A stretch of DNA of 64,000 nucleotides from Rickettsiales bacterium (lineage in GTDB: Bacteria > Pseudomonadota > Alphaproteobacteria > Rickettsiales > JABIRX01). Below the pieces are notes generated by a model, which did no database searches, was not told the DNA's origin, and saw nothing but the letters and a program-made list of their open reading frames with translations. The position numbers were made by a program, and so were the translations under genes. Below are positions 45,693 to 54,731 of the stretch, piece by piece. The stretch covers positions 14,039 to 78,038 of the forward strand of contig JABJNB010000005.1 in NCBI GenBank assembly GCA_018659145.1. Direction: 5' to 3'. Position 1 is the stretch's first letter. The number at the start of each line of letters is the position of its first letter.

Positions 45693-46418
45693 ATGAATAA
45701 AAAAGCGCTAATAGGATTAACTACGGATTTTTCAGAGGATCAAAAATACTCTGACGCTCCATATTACGCGCTACGCAAAAATTATACTGAAGCTCTAACA
45801 AAAAACAACTCCTGCTCTCTGTTGCTACCCCCTATTATTTCTAACATTGATGATTATATAAATCTAATTGATGGATTGATAATTACAGGAGGTAATTTTG
45901 ATATTGATCCAGTATTATACAATGCTAAAGAAATCCACAAATACACTCTGGTTAATCAAGAGAGGTGTAATTTCGAGCACCTCTTAGCACAAAAAGCTAT
46001 TCATAAAAATATCCCTATTTTAGGAATTTGCGGTGGCATGCAATTATTAAACATAATATTTGGTGGCGACCTCACTCAACATCTGGGCGACCTAGATAAA
46101 GATTTAGTTAATCATGAAGTTAGACCATATCACGAATCAGCTCATACAGTAATAATAAAACCAGACTCTGTATTATTTGATATAACCAAACAAACACAAA
46201 TTCACGTTAACAGCTCTCACCATCAAGCAATTGATAAGTTGGCTGATAATTTTATTGCATCAGGCATCTCGGAAGATGGGTTAATCGAAGCCATTGAAAT
46301 TAAAGATAAAAACAAATTTATGATGGGTGTACAATGGCACCCTGAATATAATATTTCTCCTGCCGATGCAGCCATATTTGAACGCCTCATCCAGCATTGC
46401 GAAAATTCTCAAAGCTAA
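45693..46418 (+). CDS. class I glutamine amidotransferase, peptidase C26 / gamma-glutamyl-GABA hydrolase-like
   Basis: 241 aa. Nucleophile elbow LGICGGMQLLN, plus SSHHQAI and GVQWHPE. Confidence 0.7.
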   Translation: MNKKALIGLTTDFSEDQKYSDAPYYALRKNYTEALTKNNSCSLLLPPIISNIDDYINLIDGLIITGGNFDIDPVLYNAKEIHKYTLVNQERCNFEHLLAQKAIHKNIPILGICGGMQLLNIIFGGDLTQHLGDLDKDLVNHEVRPYHESAHTVIIKPDSVLFDITKQTQIHVNSSHHQAIDKLADNFIASGISEDGLIEAIEIKDKNKFMMGVQWHPEYNISPADAAIFERLIQHCENSQS

Positions 46419-46530
46419 TCTCACTAACCTGACGACCTCACTCTAAAGAGTGTAATCATATTCATTACAAATTAAAAAAATCTAATATATAAGTAAAATA
46501 TTCTAAGCTTACATTACACTAATATATCAT

Positions 46531-47202
46531 ATGAAACTCATCCAATATTTAATGAACAGTATATCGGTTACACGCAAAGTAGCTGAGCAAATAATAAAAG
46601 AACGAAGAGTGAGTCTAAACTCAGAAATAACAGATAGTTATTCCGCAAAAATCAACCCTGAAGACAAGATCTGTCTTGATAATAAAATCATTAAATTACA
46701 AGCTTTAGAAATATATTTATTTCACAAACCTAAAAATGTCATAGTAAGCTCAAAGCATGATGATGAAAGGGATATTATCTATGATTTAATTCCTAAAGAA
46801 TTACATCATCTAAAATATATCGGACGTTTAGATGCAAATAGTGAAGGCTTATTATTACTTACCAATAGCGCAGAATTTAAAAGCTATATCGAAAATCCAT
46901 GTAACGATATTGAGAAAATTTACAAAATCCGCTGCTTCGGCTCGATTCCCGAGCAAGATCTAGCTAGGCTAGAGCGGCCCATAACAATTGATGGCATCAC
47001 CTATCAACTCAAAGATATCAAACTCATAAAACAATCCATAAATTCTTGGTACCAAATCATCTTAACGGAAGGTAAAAACCGCGAGATTAGAAAAGTATTC
47101 GACTATATTAACTGCCCCGTGAGCCGAATCATCCGAACAAACGTTGATAGATACGAGTTAGGCGACATGACGGCTGGAGAATTAATCAAAGTTAATGAGT
47201 AA
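46531..47202 (+). CDS. pseudouridine synthase, RsuA/RluB family
   Basis: 223 aa. It has an S4-like N-terminus, the catalytic motif IGRLDANSEGLLLLTN, and GKNREIRKVF. Confidence 0.75.
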   Translation: MKLIQYLMNSISVTRKVAEQIIKERRVSLNSEITDSYSAKINPEDKICLDNKIIKLQALEIYLFHKPKNVIVSSKHDDERDIIYDLIPKELHHLKYIGRLDANSEGLLLLTNSAEFKSYIENPCNDIEKIYKIRCFGSIPEQDLARLERPITIDGITYQLKDIKLIKQSINSWYQIILTEGKNREIRKVFDYINCPVSRIIRTNVDRYELGDMTAGELIKVNE

Positions 47203-47293
47203 TACTGCAAGCAGCCTTTCCTACCCAGAGCTTAACTTACTATGAAAATCACTCTTAATACCTCTGCATAATAGTAATTTGAGAACCGTAATA

Positions 47294-47341
47294 GGGCCTG
47301 TCGCGAATCAAAATTGCAAAGATTTTAATTTGCGACGGCCC
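47294..47341. repeat. family C mini-palindrome, copy C2
   Basis: gggcctgtcgcgaatcaaaattgcaaagattttaatttgcgacggccc is 48 bp and self-complementary. The same left end is found at 18239 and 55721. It is nested inside a second inverted repeat, acctctgcataa (47260) / ttatgcagaggt (47362). Confidence 0.65.
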
Positions 47342-47434
47342 ATTATAGATAAAAACTGCCCTTATGCAGAGGTCTTCTCTTGTAATTCAAGCTATAGGAG
47401 GCTATGCATCTATTATCAAATTCTAGTATTTATT

Positions 47435-50400
47435 ATGCAGTCATTTTATTTAACTATTCCAGGTAGTAATCAAAAAATTGCCCTTGTTGACATTCATAAA
47501 GAATCCACTCTAGAGATTATTCATCAGAATTTCTTAGCCTATCTTGCTAAAACAAATAAAGAAGTAAGTTTGGAGCTTGTCCTTTCTTACCAAGAGAAAG
47601 TATATAACGCAGAGCTTACTCTAGCACTAGCGCCTATCTTAGAAGAATATTTAACCCTTATTTTCAAACTAGAAGACAATCAAAAAATTAAATCAGGCGA
47701 AGCTGATTTGATTCAAGATATCAGAAAAAAATTCATTCATAAAAAATGCTATAAGAAAACCTTCAAAGGAAGCTTGGAGGATCTCAATTTAAACAACCAA
47801 TTAAAACCATATTTAACAAATTTTAACCAGGTCCAATTTGCACAACTCATCCAAGATGCAATAATAAATGAGGAAATTAATTTACTAAATGATATTGAAC
47901 AATATTGCTTATGGGCGTGTCATAATATTGATGGGAAGCTGAAGCATAAAGATGATATATTATTTAAAATTCCGGAAAAAATAGACTCCAATAATCTCCT
48001 TAAAATTAACGCCCATAATCATAAATTCAAATCTACCTATAATAAAAACAGAGTAGGCTTCGACCATCATGATACCGACCTAAATTATAATCATGCTTTT
48101 ACTGAAACTACTTACTGCCTATATTGCCATAATCGTGGTAAAGACTCATGCTCAAAAGGCTTATATGATAAGGAGGCTAACTTACAAAAATCAGCAACAG
48201 GAGCAAAGCTCAAAGGCTGCCCTTTAGATCAGAAAATTTCCGAGATGAATCTGTTATTTAAAGATCATCGGTCAATAGCTGCTATCGCCGTTGCCATGAT
48301 TGACAACCCCTTACTTCTTCTCACAGGTCATAGAATCTGTAATGACTGTATGAAAGCTTGTATATTTCAAAATCAAGATCCAGTTAACATCCCTCTAATT
48401 GAAACTGGGATATTGGATGATGTTTTAAATTTAGCCTATGGTTTTGAAATTTATTACCTGTTAACCCTATGGAACCCACTAAATTACAAACGCCCTCTTC
48501 CCAAATCAGCAGCTAATAAAAAAGTCTTAATCTGCGGATCCGGACCAGCTGGCATAAGCTTAGCTTACAACCTACTCATGGATGGTCATATTGCAGTTAT
48601 AATTGATGGGTTAAAAATCGAACCAGTCAAAGATGAGATATTTGATAAATTTGGCAATATCATTTTATATCCTGATTGCAAAACTTCGCTTTTTCAAAAT
48701 TTATCAGAACGAATCTCAGAAGGCTTTGGTGGCGTTTCTGAATATGGTATTACAGCACGCTGGAATAAAAACTATCTCAAACTTGCACGCATCATTTTAG
48801 AGCGCAATAGCCATTTTCATCTCTATGGTGGCATCAGATTTGGTAGCCAAATAACCAAAGAGACAGCTTTTGAACTTGGCTTTGATCATATTGCATTTTG
48901 TATGGGCGCGGGATCACCAAATATTATTAACCTTGGAAACAACTTAAGTCCGGGCGTTAGAAAAGCCTCAGACTTTCTAATGACACTACAACTCCTTGGT
49001 AGCTTTGATATTAAATCATTAGTAAACCTGCAAATTAGAATGCCAATTGTGGTAATTGGCGGCGGTTTAACTGCAATTGATACAGCAACTGAAAGCCTGG
49101 CTTATTACCCTATTCAAATCCTTAAATTTAAGGAACAATTGGATTCATTAATGATGGGTGATCACAGGGCTTCACCCCTACAAAATGGCATAAATCATAA
49201 TTCCGTAGGGGCGGGGTCCTCCCGCCCGGAAACACCGGATATATTTGATCAAGGGCGGGATAACCTCGCCCCTACACACAAATCTAAACATAATTCATAC
49301 AAAAATATCACGTCCGAACTTAACCAAGCCGAACTAGAAATATTTGAAGAGTTCCTCGCGCATAGTAAATTATTTGAAGCTGAAATAGAGCAAGCCAAAT
49401 CCCAAAATAGAGCCATCAACTTCCTACCTATTTTAAATGATCTGGGCGGCTCAACAATAATTTATCGTAAAGCTCTAAGAGAATCTCCAGCCTATCGCCT
49501 CAATCACGAGGAAATCATCAAGGCCTTAGAAGAAGGAATTATAATTGCAGAATACACAACTCCAAAATCTGTAATCAAAGATGAATATGGTAAAGCCAAA
49601 GAGATAGAAGTAATACAGAGCAAGCAAAGGCAAATCATGCCAGCTAAGACAATCTTAATTGCGGCTGGAACTAAAGCCAACATCATCATTGCAAACGAGG
49701 ATAGTGATTTTGCGGTTGAGAATAATTATCTAAAATTAGCTAATAACAAAAGTGATATCGCAGATAGATTCTTTTGTTACCAAGATAATCAAAACCACGC
49801 TATCTCAGTTTTTGGAGATATGCATCCATATTATGCTGGTAGTGTTGTCAAAGCCTTGGCATCAAGCAAGAATGGTTATAGTCAGATTAGTCAAATCTTA
49901 TCATTACGGCCAGATAACAAGATTTCTAATTTAGAATTTAAAACTACCTTAGATAATAATCTAATAGCCAAAGTCGTTAAGATTACCAGATTAACTAACA
50001 ATATTATTGAAGTCATCGTGAAAGCAAAACTCGCCAGCGAAGCTTTTGCTCCAGGGCAATTTTATCGCCTGCAAAATTATAGCAAATCTGCTAAGATCAT
50101 AAATGGTAAACGCTTAGATATTGAACCCCTCGCACTTACCGGATCTAATGTAAATCCAGATACCGGGCATATCTCCCTAATTGCCCTTGAGATGGGAGGA
50201 TCATCAAATCTACTAAAATATCTTAAAGAAGATGAAGAAGTTATATTAATGGGACCAACAGGTACACCAACTGAAATCTTAAAAGATAAAACTATATTAC
50301 TAGCTGGAGGAGGACTTGGTAATGCGGTATTATTTTCAATTGGCAAAGCACTCAAACAAAATGGCTGCAAGATTCTATATTTCGCCGGTTATAAGAAAGC

Positions 50401-50914
50401 AACTGATCGATATAAAATTCAAGAAATAGAAAATGTTGCAGATTCTGTGATTTGGTGCTGCGATGAAGCAAATGATTTTAAAGTAAATCGTGAATCAGAT
50501 TTCAAATTCACCGGCAATATAATCGAAGCTATGGTTGCCTATAGTGAAGCAAGGTTAGGCAAAATTAAAATCAAATTAAGTGATGTTGACAGAATAATCG
50601 CAATTGGATCAGACAAAATGATGCATGCTATCGGGAAAGCTCGTCATGGCGCGCTACAGCGATATTTAAATCCTCAGCACGATGCTATTGCTAGCATCAA
50701 TTCACCTATGAATTGTATGATGAAAGAAATTTGCGGACAGTGCTTACAAAAACATATTGATCCCGTAACAAAAAAAGAATATTTTGTCTTTTCATGCTTT
50801 AACCAAGACCAAGATTTAGACAATGTAGATTTTGAGAATTTACAGCAAAGGTTATCCCAAAATTCTCTACAAGAAAAAATGACTAAATTATGGATTAAAG
50901 AGTCTGGAAAATGA
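47435..50914 (+). CDS. fused GltD/NfnB-like and PyrK/NfnA-like iron-sulfur flavoprotein with a long N-terminal extension
   Basis: The Fe-S Cys motifs are CLYCHNRGKDSC, GCPLDQKISE and CNDCMKAC. There are two dinucleotide folds, VLICGSGPAGISLAY and VVIGGGLTAIDTA. The C-terminal ferredoxin-reductase-like module has PGQFYRL, LLAGGGLGNAVL and MNCMMKEICGQC. I moved the start to the ATG at 47435; the track's first 52 codons read through repeats. Confidence 0.7.
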   Translation: MQSFYLTIPGSNQKIALVDIHKESTLEIIHQNFLAYLAKTNKEVSLELVLSYQEKVYNAELTLALAPILEEYLTLIFKLEDNQKIKSGEADLIQDIRKKFIHKKCYKKTFKGSLEDLNLNNQLKPYLTNFNQVQFAQLIQDAIINEEINLLNDIEQYCLWACHNIDGKLKHKDDILFKIPEKIDSNNLLKINAHNHKFKSTYNKNRVGFDHHDTDLNYNHAFTETTYCLYCHNRGKDSCSKGLYDKEANLQKSATGAKLKGCPLDQKISEMNLLFKDHRSIAAIAVAMIDNPLLLLTGHRICNDCMKACIFQNQDPVNIPLIETGILDDVLNLAYGFEIYYLLTLWNPLNYKRPLPKSAANKKVLICGSGPAGISLAYNLLMDGHIAVIIDGLKIEPVKDEIFDKFGNIILYPDCKTSLFQNLSERISEGFGGVSEYGITARWNKNYLKLARIILERNSHFHLYGGIRFGSQITKETAFELGFDHIAFCMGAGSPNIINLGNNLSPGVRKASDFLMTLQLLGSFDIKSLVNLQIRMPIVVIGGGLTAIDTATESLAYYPIQILKFKEQLDSLMMGDHRASPLQNGINHNSVGAGSSRPETPDIFDQGRDNLAPTHKSKHNSYKNITSELNQAELEIFEEFLAHSKLFEAEIEQAKSQNRAINFLPILNDLGGSTIIYRKALRESPAYRLNHEEIIKALEEGIIIAEYTTPKSVIKDEYGKAKEIEVIQSKQRQIMPAKTILIAAGTKANIIIANEDSDFAVENNYLKLANNKSDIADRFFCYQDNQNHAISVFGDMHPYYAGSVVKALASSKNGYSQISQILSLRPDNKISNLEFKTTLDNNLIAKVVKITRLTNNIIEVIVKAKLASEAFAPGQFYRLQNYSKSAKIINGKRLDIEPLALTGSNVNPDTGHISLIALEMGGSSNLLKYLKEDEEVILMGPTGTPTEILKDKTILLAGGGLGNAVLFSIGKALKQNGCKILYFAGYKKATDRYKIQEIENVADSVIWCCDEANDFKVNRESDFKFTGNIIEAMVAYSEARLGKIKIKLSDVDRIIAIGSDKMMHAIGKARHGALQRYLNPQHDAIASINSPMNCMMKEICGQCLQKHIDPVTKKEYFVFSCFNQDQDLDNVDFENLQQRLSQNSLQEKMTKLWIKESGK
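49205..49275. repeat. family A palindromic element, copy A6, inserted in frame inside a CDS
   Basis: gtaggggcggggtcctcccgcccgg...gataacctcgcccctac lies inside the 47435..50914 ORF. It is translated as ...SVGAGSSRPETPDIFDQGRDNLAPT... without interrupting the frame. Confidence 0.75.
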
Positions 50915-51552
50915 TTGCAAAAGATTACAAGCTCATCACCGATTATCGCGATAATTTAATTCTAGAATTTAAAAGCAATAACCAAAATATTAAATTTAAT
51001 CTGCACGAATATTACGCTGATCTAAAATTACGTATCCAAACCAATCTCAAAAAAGAGCCTTTATTTAAACTCATAAAACCAAGGCAAATTATCTTGGATG
51101 CCACATCTGGATTATTACAAGATAGTTTGATTTTAGCAAAATTCTCAGAAAAAATTATTGCAATAGAGATATCAAAAGAGGTCTATGAATTACAAAAAAT
51201 AATTTTAGAACGAATCCTAAATAAAGATCCTCTTTTCCGAGGCCTGGTACAAAAAATAGATTTTTTGGAAGGAGATTCAGCTAGTTATAATAAGGTTTTA
51301 AACAAAAAGGTTAACTTACTATATGTTGATTTAATGTTTGAAGATAACAAAAAAGCTGCACCAAAGAAATCAAAACAGCTACTTAGAATACTCGCAAACC
51401 AATCTAGCAACTATCCCGACTTTATTGAAATAGCCAAAGCAAGTAACCTAAAACTTATAATCAAATCCAACAATAAAAATCTTCTAAAGACTGAGCCAAG
51501 CCTTCAAACTACAAAAGTTGGTAATCTGCACTTTCATTCATTACCTCAGTAA
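50911..51552 (+). CDS. rsmJ: SAM-dependent methyltransferase, RsmJ-like (16S rRNA m2G1516 family)
   Basis: 213 aa. ILDATSGLLQDSLILA, LLYVDLMFEDNKKAAPKKSKQLLRIL and the C-terminal KVGNLHFH parallel the E. coli RsmJ blocks DATAGLGRDAFVLA and [21 protein letters not shown]. It overlaps the upstream gene by 4 nt. Confidence 0.55.
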   Translation: MIAKDYKLITDYRDNLILEFKSNNQNIKFNLHEYYADLKLRIQTNLKKEPLFKLIKPRQIILDATSGLLQDSLILAKFSEKIIAIEISKEVYELQKIILERILNKDPLFRGLVQKIDFLEGDSASYNKVLNKKVNLLYVDLMFEDNKKAAPKKSKQLLRILANQSSNYPDFIEIAKASNLKLIIKSNNKNLLKTEPSLQTTKVGNLHFHSLPQ

Positions 51553-51562
51553 TATATCCTAT

Positions 51563-51630
51563 CAGGATGAGTCGTAATATATAATTGGGACCATCCAGAA
51601 AAGTGATGTTTTTTACAATAATTTGGATTT
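51563..51630. repeat. family B element, left-end fragment B5
   Basis: caggatgagtcgtaatatataattggga...ttttttacaataatttggatttta aligns with the left 70 bp or so of B1. The right half is missing. Confidence 0.5.
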
Positions 51631-51635
51631 TATTT

Positions 51636-52478
51636 TTATAATTTAAAATCTATCTCTTTGAAAATTACGTGCTGATTTTCTAGAAAAATTTTATTCTCCA
51701 TAGAATAACGCTTCATTCTCTCAATTATTTTAGGATCTACATCTTCATGTGTTGATAAGATAATTGGAATACCAATAGTGTTTACCTCATATTGTTGGTT
51801 TAAATAGGTTCCTGGTAAAATCATAGTATCTTTAAATCCAAACAGAGCTCCATGTAAGAATTTTTTATCAGACTTACTTAAGTTTACCAAACGCCCGCCA
51901 CAATCATTAATGATATTAGAGAAAACTTCATTTGGATGTCCAACCAAATATATTGCCGCATCTATTTTATTCTCGCAAATAAGATCGTCTAAATAGCTAC
52001 TTTTCTTATCATACATTTCAGAAAAATCTTGTTCATCCCAACCTTTAGCCTGCATTATCTTGCTAAAATAAACCCTACTTCCAGATCCTGGATTCCCTAT
52101 ATTGACTCTTTTTCCCTTTAAATCATCAAGGCTATTAATATTGCTACTCCCGGCAACCACAATTGAGAAATGCTCATGATGCAAACCCATTACTGGTAGA
52201 ATCTTAATATCTGATTTTTTATTATACTCCCTTTGTAAGGTTGCTTGGCTTATGCCAAATTCAAATTTTTTATTTTGTAATCCACTAATATTACTATTAG
52301 CTCCTGTTGACTGAAGAACAACACATTCATACTCCGTATCATGCTCATTAAAATTTTTACATAATGCCTTAGCTGTTGGATAATATATTGCACCTGGACT
52401 CCCGGAAGAAATAAAAAATTTCTCTCTCTCGCCACAACTAACCAATAAAATTAAAACCGAAATTAATATTTTATTCAT
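51636..52478 (-). CDS. TAXI-family TRAP-type solute-binding lipoprotein (orphan)
   Basis: 280 aa. Lipobox LILLVSCG, plus SSGSPGAIYYPTAKAL and GKRVNIGNPGSGSRVYF, which resemble the TAXI motifs GGxYYPxG and GxPGSGT. No TRAP membrane component is adjacent. Confidence 0.55.
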   Translation of the reverse strand: MNKILISVLILLVSCGEREKFFISSGSPGAIYYPTAKALCKNFNEHDTEYECVVLQSTGANSNISGLQNKKFEFGISQATLQREYNKKSDIKILPVMGLHHEHFSIVVAGSSNINSLDDLKGKRVNIGNPGSGSRVYFSKIMQAKGWDEQDFSEMYDKKSSYLDDLICENKIDAAIYLVGHPNEVFSNIINDCGGRLVNLSKSDKKFLHGALFGFKDTMILPGTYLNQQYEVNTIGIPIILSTHEDVDPKIIERMKRYSMENKIFLENQHVIFKEIDFKL

Positions 52479-52561
52479 AATTAACTAATCCCCTTGAAAA
52501 AATTAAACAGATTTAATGCTATAATTTGGTAATTTCAACAACTTTAGCAATAAATTATACT

Positions 52562-52618
52562 AATATAATACATGCCTTTAGTGGTAAAGGCTTTCTAATG
52601 ATATTGCGACACAGCCTG
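52562..52618. repeat. family B element, right-end fragment B3
   Basis: aatacatgcctttagtggtaaaggctttctaatgatattgcgacacagcctg matches the right 55 bp or so of B1 and of the 55721 copy. Confidence 0.6.
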
Positions 52619-52699
52619 TCGGGGCAAGCCCAAAATATATTTGCTATAATTACTTATTTAGAATAGGTCTTTGTTCATATAATATTTTAACAATATCTA

Positions 52700-54724
52700 G
52701 TGCAGTCAAAATACCTATCAATAATATTACTAAGCATCATATGCTTTTCTAGTTACGCGGATAACATATCTTTCTTTGAACGAAAAATATCCAGATGGGA
52801 TAAGATTCTCATTAAAGTAGAGAATAATATCCGCAAAAATACTATAAATTTTGATGCAGAAAGTTTAAGCCAAGAAAAACTAAGTATTAGGCAAATAAGA
52901 GATGCTGCGGCCGAAGAGGGATATACCGCAAAAGAACTTCTAGGATCACGGAGCATATTGCTTAATTCACTAGGTGAAGAAAATTCATTAACCCAAGAAA
53001 GTGCTCAAATAAAAGAAAAACGTGATAATCTAAAACAAGAGATAGAAATTATTGATTCGAGAGTAAAAAGCTATGCACTCATTCAAAGCAAAGCGCAAGA
53101 AATACTAAATAATATAGATAAATTACAAACACAAAAATACAAATCTAGACTGCTACAAAAAGGATCCGCCCTATATAAGGTACATTTATTTCAACTAGTA
53201 CACACAGATATACTAAGCTGGGTTAAAGCCAAATCTTATCCTAAATATCATATAATAGTTTTATTAATATTTACCTTATCCGCCCTATCTATTTTAAGCC
53301 GAAATTTTATCTACAAATTAAACCATACCCTAAATCATCATATTCGACTAAAAGATACAATGATCAATAACATTGCCTTTTTATCCGCTACTATTGGCTC
53401 TCTGATGATGATTTTAGTAAAATTCAATATATTTAATAGTTTAAACTTCCAAAACCTACAATTTTTCGTGCTGTCTGTTTTTAGCATCATCACATCACTG
53501 GGAATATATAAAATCTCAAACTCCTTTCACCTAAAATCTTTAAAACAGCTTGAAGATGATGACGAAGCGATTGATACAAAAGGTAAAGACTATGTTTGGC
53601 TTGTTAACTTACTGATTGCTACTATAAAATACGGTAGCCTAGTTATTACCCTTCTCGCTTTTATAGGCTTCTCAGAGTTATCATCCTATCTAAGTCTAAA
53701 TATTTTTATATCACTGCTTTGCATAGCACTAACTATCTCCGCGATAAATATATTTAATTATTTAGGAAAAAAGTTCTCTAGCAATAGAGAAAAAACAATA
53801 TTCCCACCTCTCATGATAAGCCTTATGGAGCCGTTTATTGCTCTGATATTTATAATCATATCACTTTCTTTTTGGGGTATAACACCATCTGAGATCTACC
53901 GTAGCTTTGATGAATATAGCAAAGGAATACCTGTTGGTAACATCACCATTAATCCCCTTAACTTCTTATTTGCTATCGCTTTGTTATTATTTGTTATCTC
54001 AATAACAAAAATAATCCAATGGTTTGTCTCAGATAGAGTTCTGTTATACGCTAATATAGACAGAGGTATCAAGGATACTGTAAACGCCTTAATTGGTTAT
54101 GCTGGAGTGATTCTTGCCTTTATGTCTGCCCTTGGTACATTAGGGGTAAGTATGTCTAGTATGGCAATCATAGCTGGAGCATTGTCGGTAGGTATCGGTT
54201 TTGGATTACAAGCTGTAGTTAGTAACTTTATTTCAGGACTAATTTTATTATTTGAACGACCTATAAAAGTAGGTGATTGGGTAATAGTTGGAGATAAAGA
54301 AGGTATAGTAAAAAAGATTAGAGTTCGTTCAACTGAAATAGAAACATTTCAATATGCGTCAATTATGGTACCGAACTCTCAATTTATAACAGAATCGGTT
54401 ACAAATCTTACATTAAATAATGTAATTGGCCGAGTAGATATTTTTGTAGGTGTTAAATATGGAAGTGATGTCGATAAGGTTAAAAAATTATTAACAGAGG
54501 TGGTATCAAGCCATCCCCAAATTAGAAAAAAACCCGAACCTCAAATTCTTTTACAAAGCTTTGGGGATAGCTCTTTAGACTTTGAGGTTAGAGGGTTTTT
54601 AAAAGATATATCTCACATAAAGTGGGCTGCTAGTGAAATCAGAGTTGAAATATATAAGGCATTTATTAAGAATAATATAGAGATCCCATTCCCACAGCGT
54701 GATATTAATATAAAACAATCATAG
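52700..54724 (+). CDS. MscS-family mechanosensitive channel with a long periplasmic and multi-TM N-terminal region (MscK/KefA-like)
   Basis: 674 aa. It has a signal peptide, a coiled-coil region and multiple TM segments. The MscS core is [31 protein letters not shown]...[16 protein letters not shown]. The start codon is GTG. Confidence 0.8.
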   Translation: [674 protein letters not shown]

Positions 54725-54731
54725 GCATTAA

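Noticed and set aside
47279-47434. N-terminal 52 codons of the track ORF 47279..50914, starting at a non-ATG codon
   Set aside because: The stretch covers the family C palindrome and its flanking inverted repeat. The ATG at 47435 (MQSFYLTIPG...) is the more plausible start.
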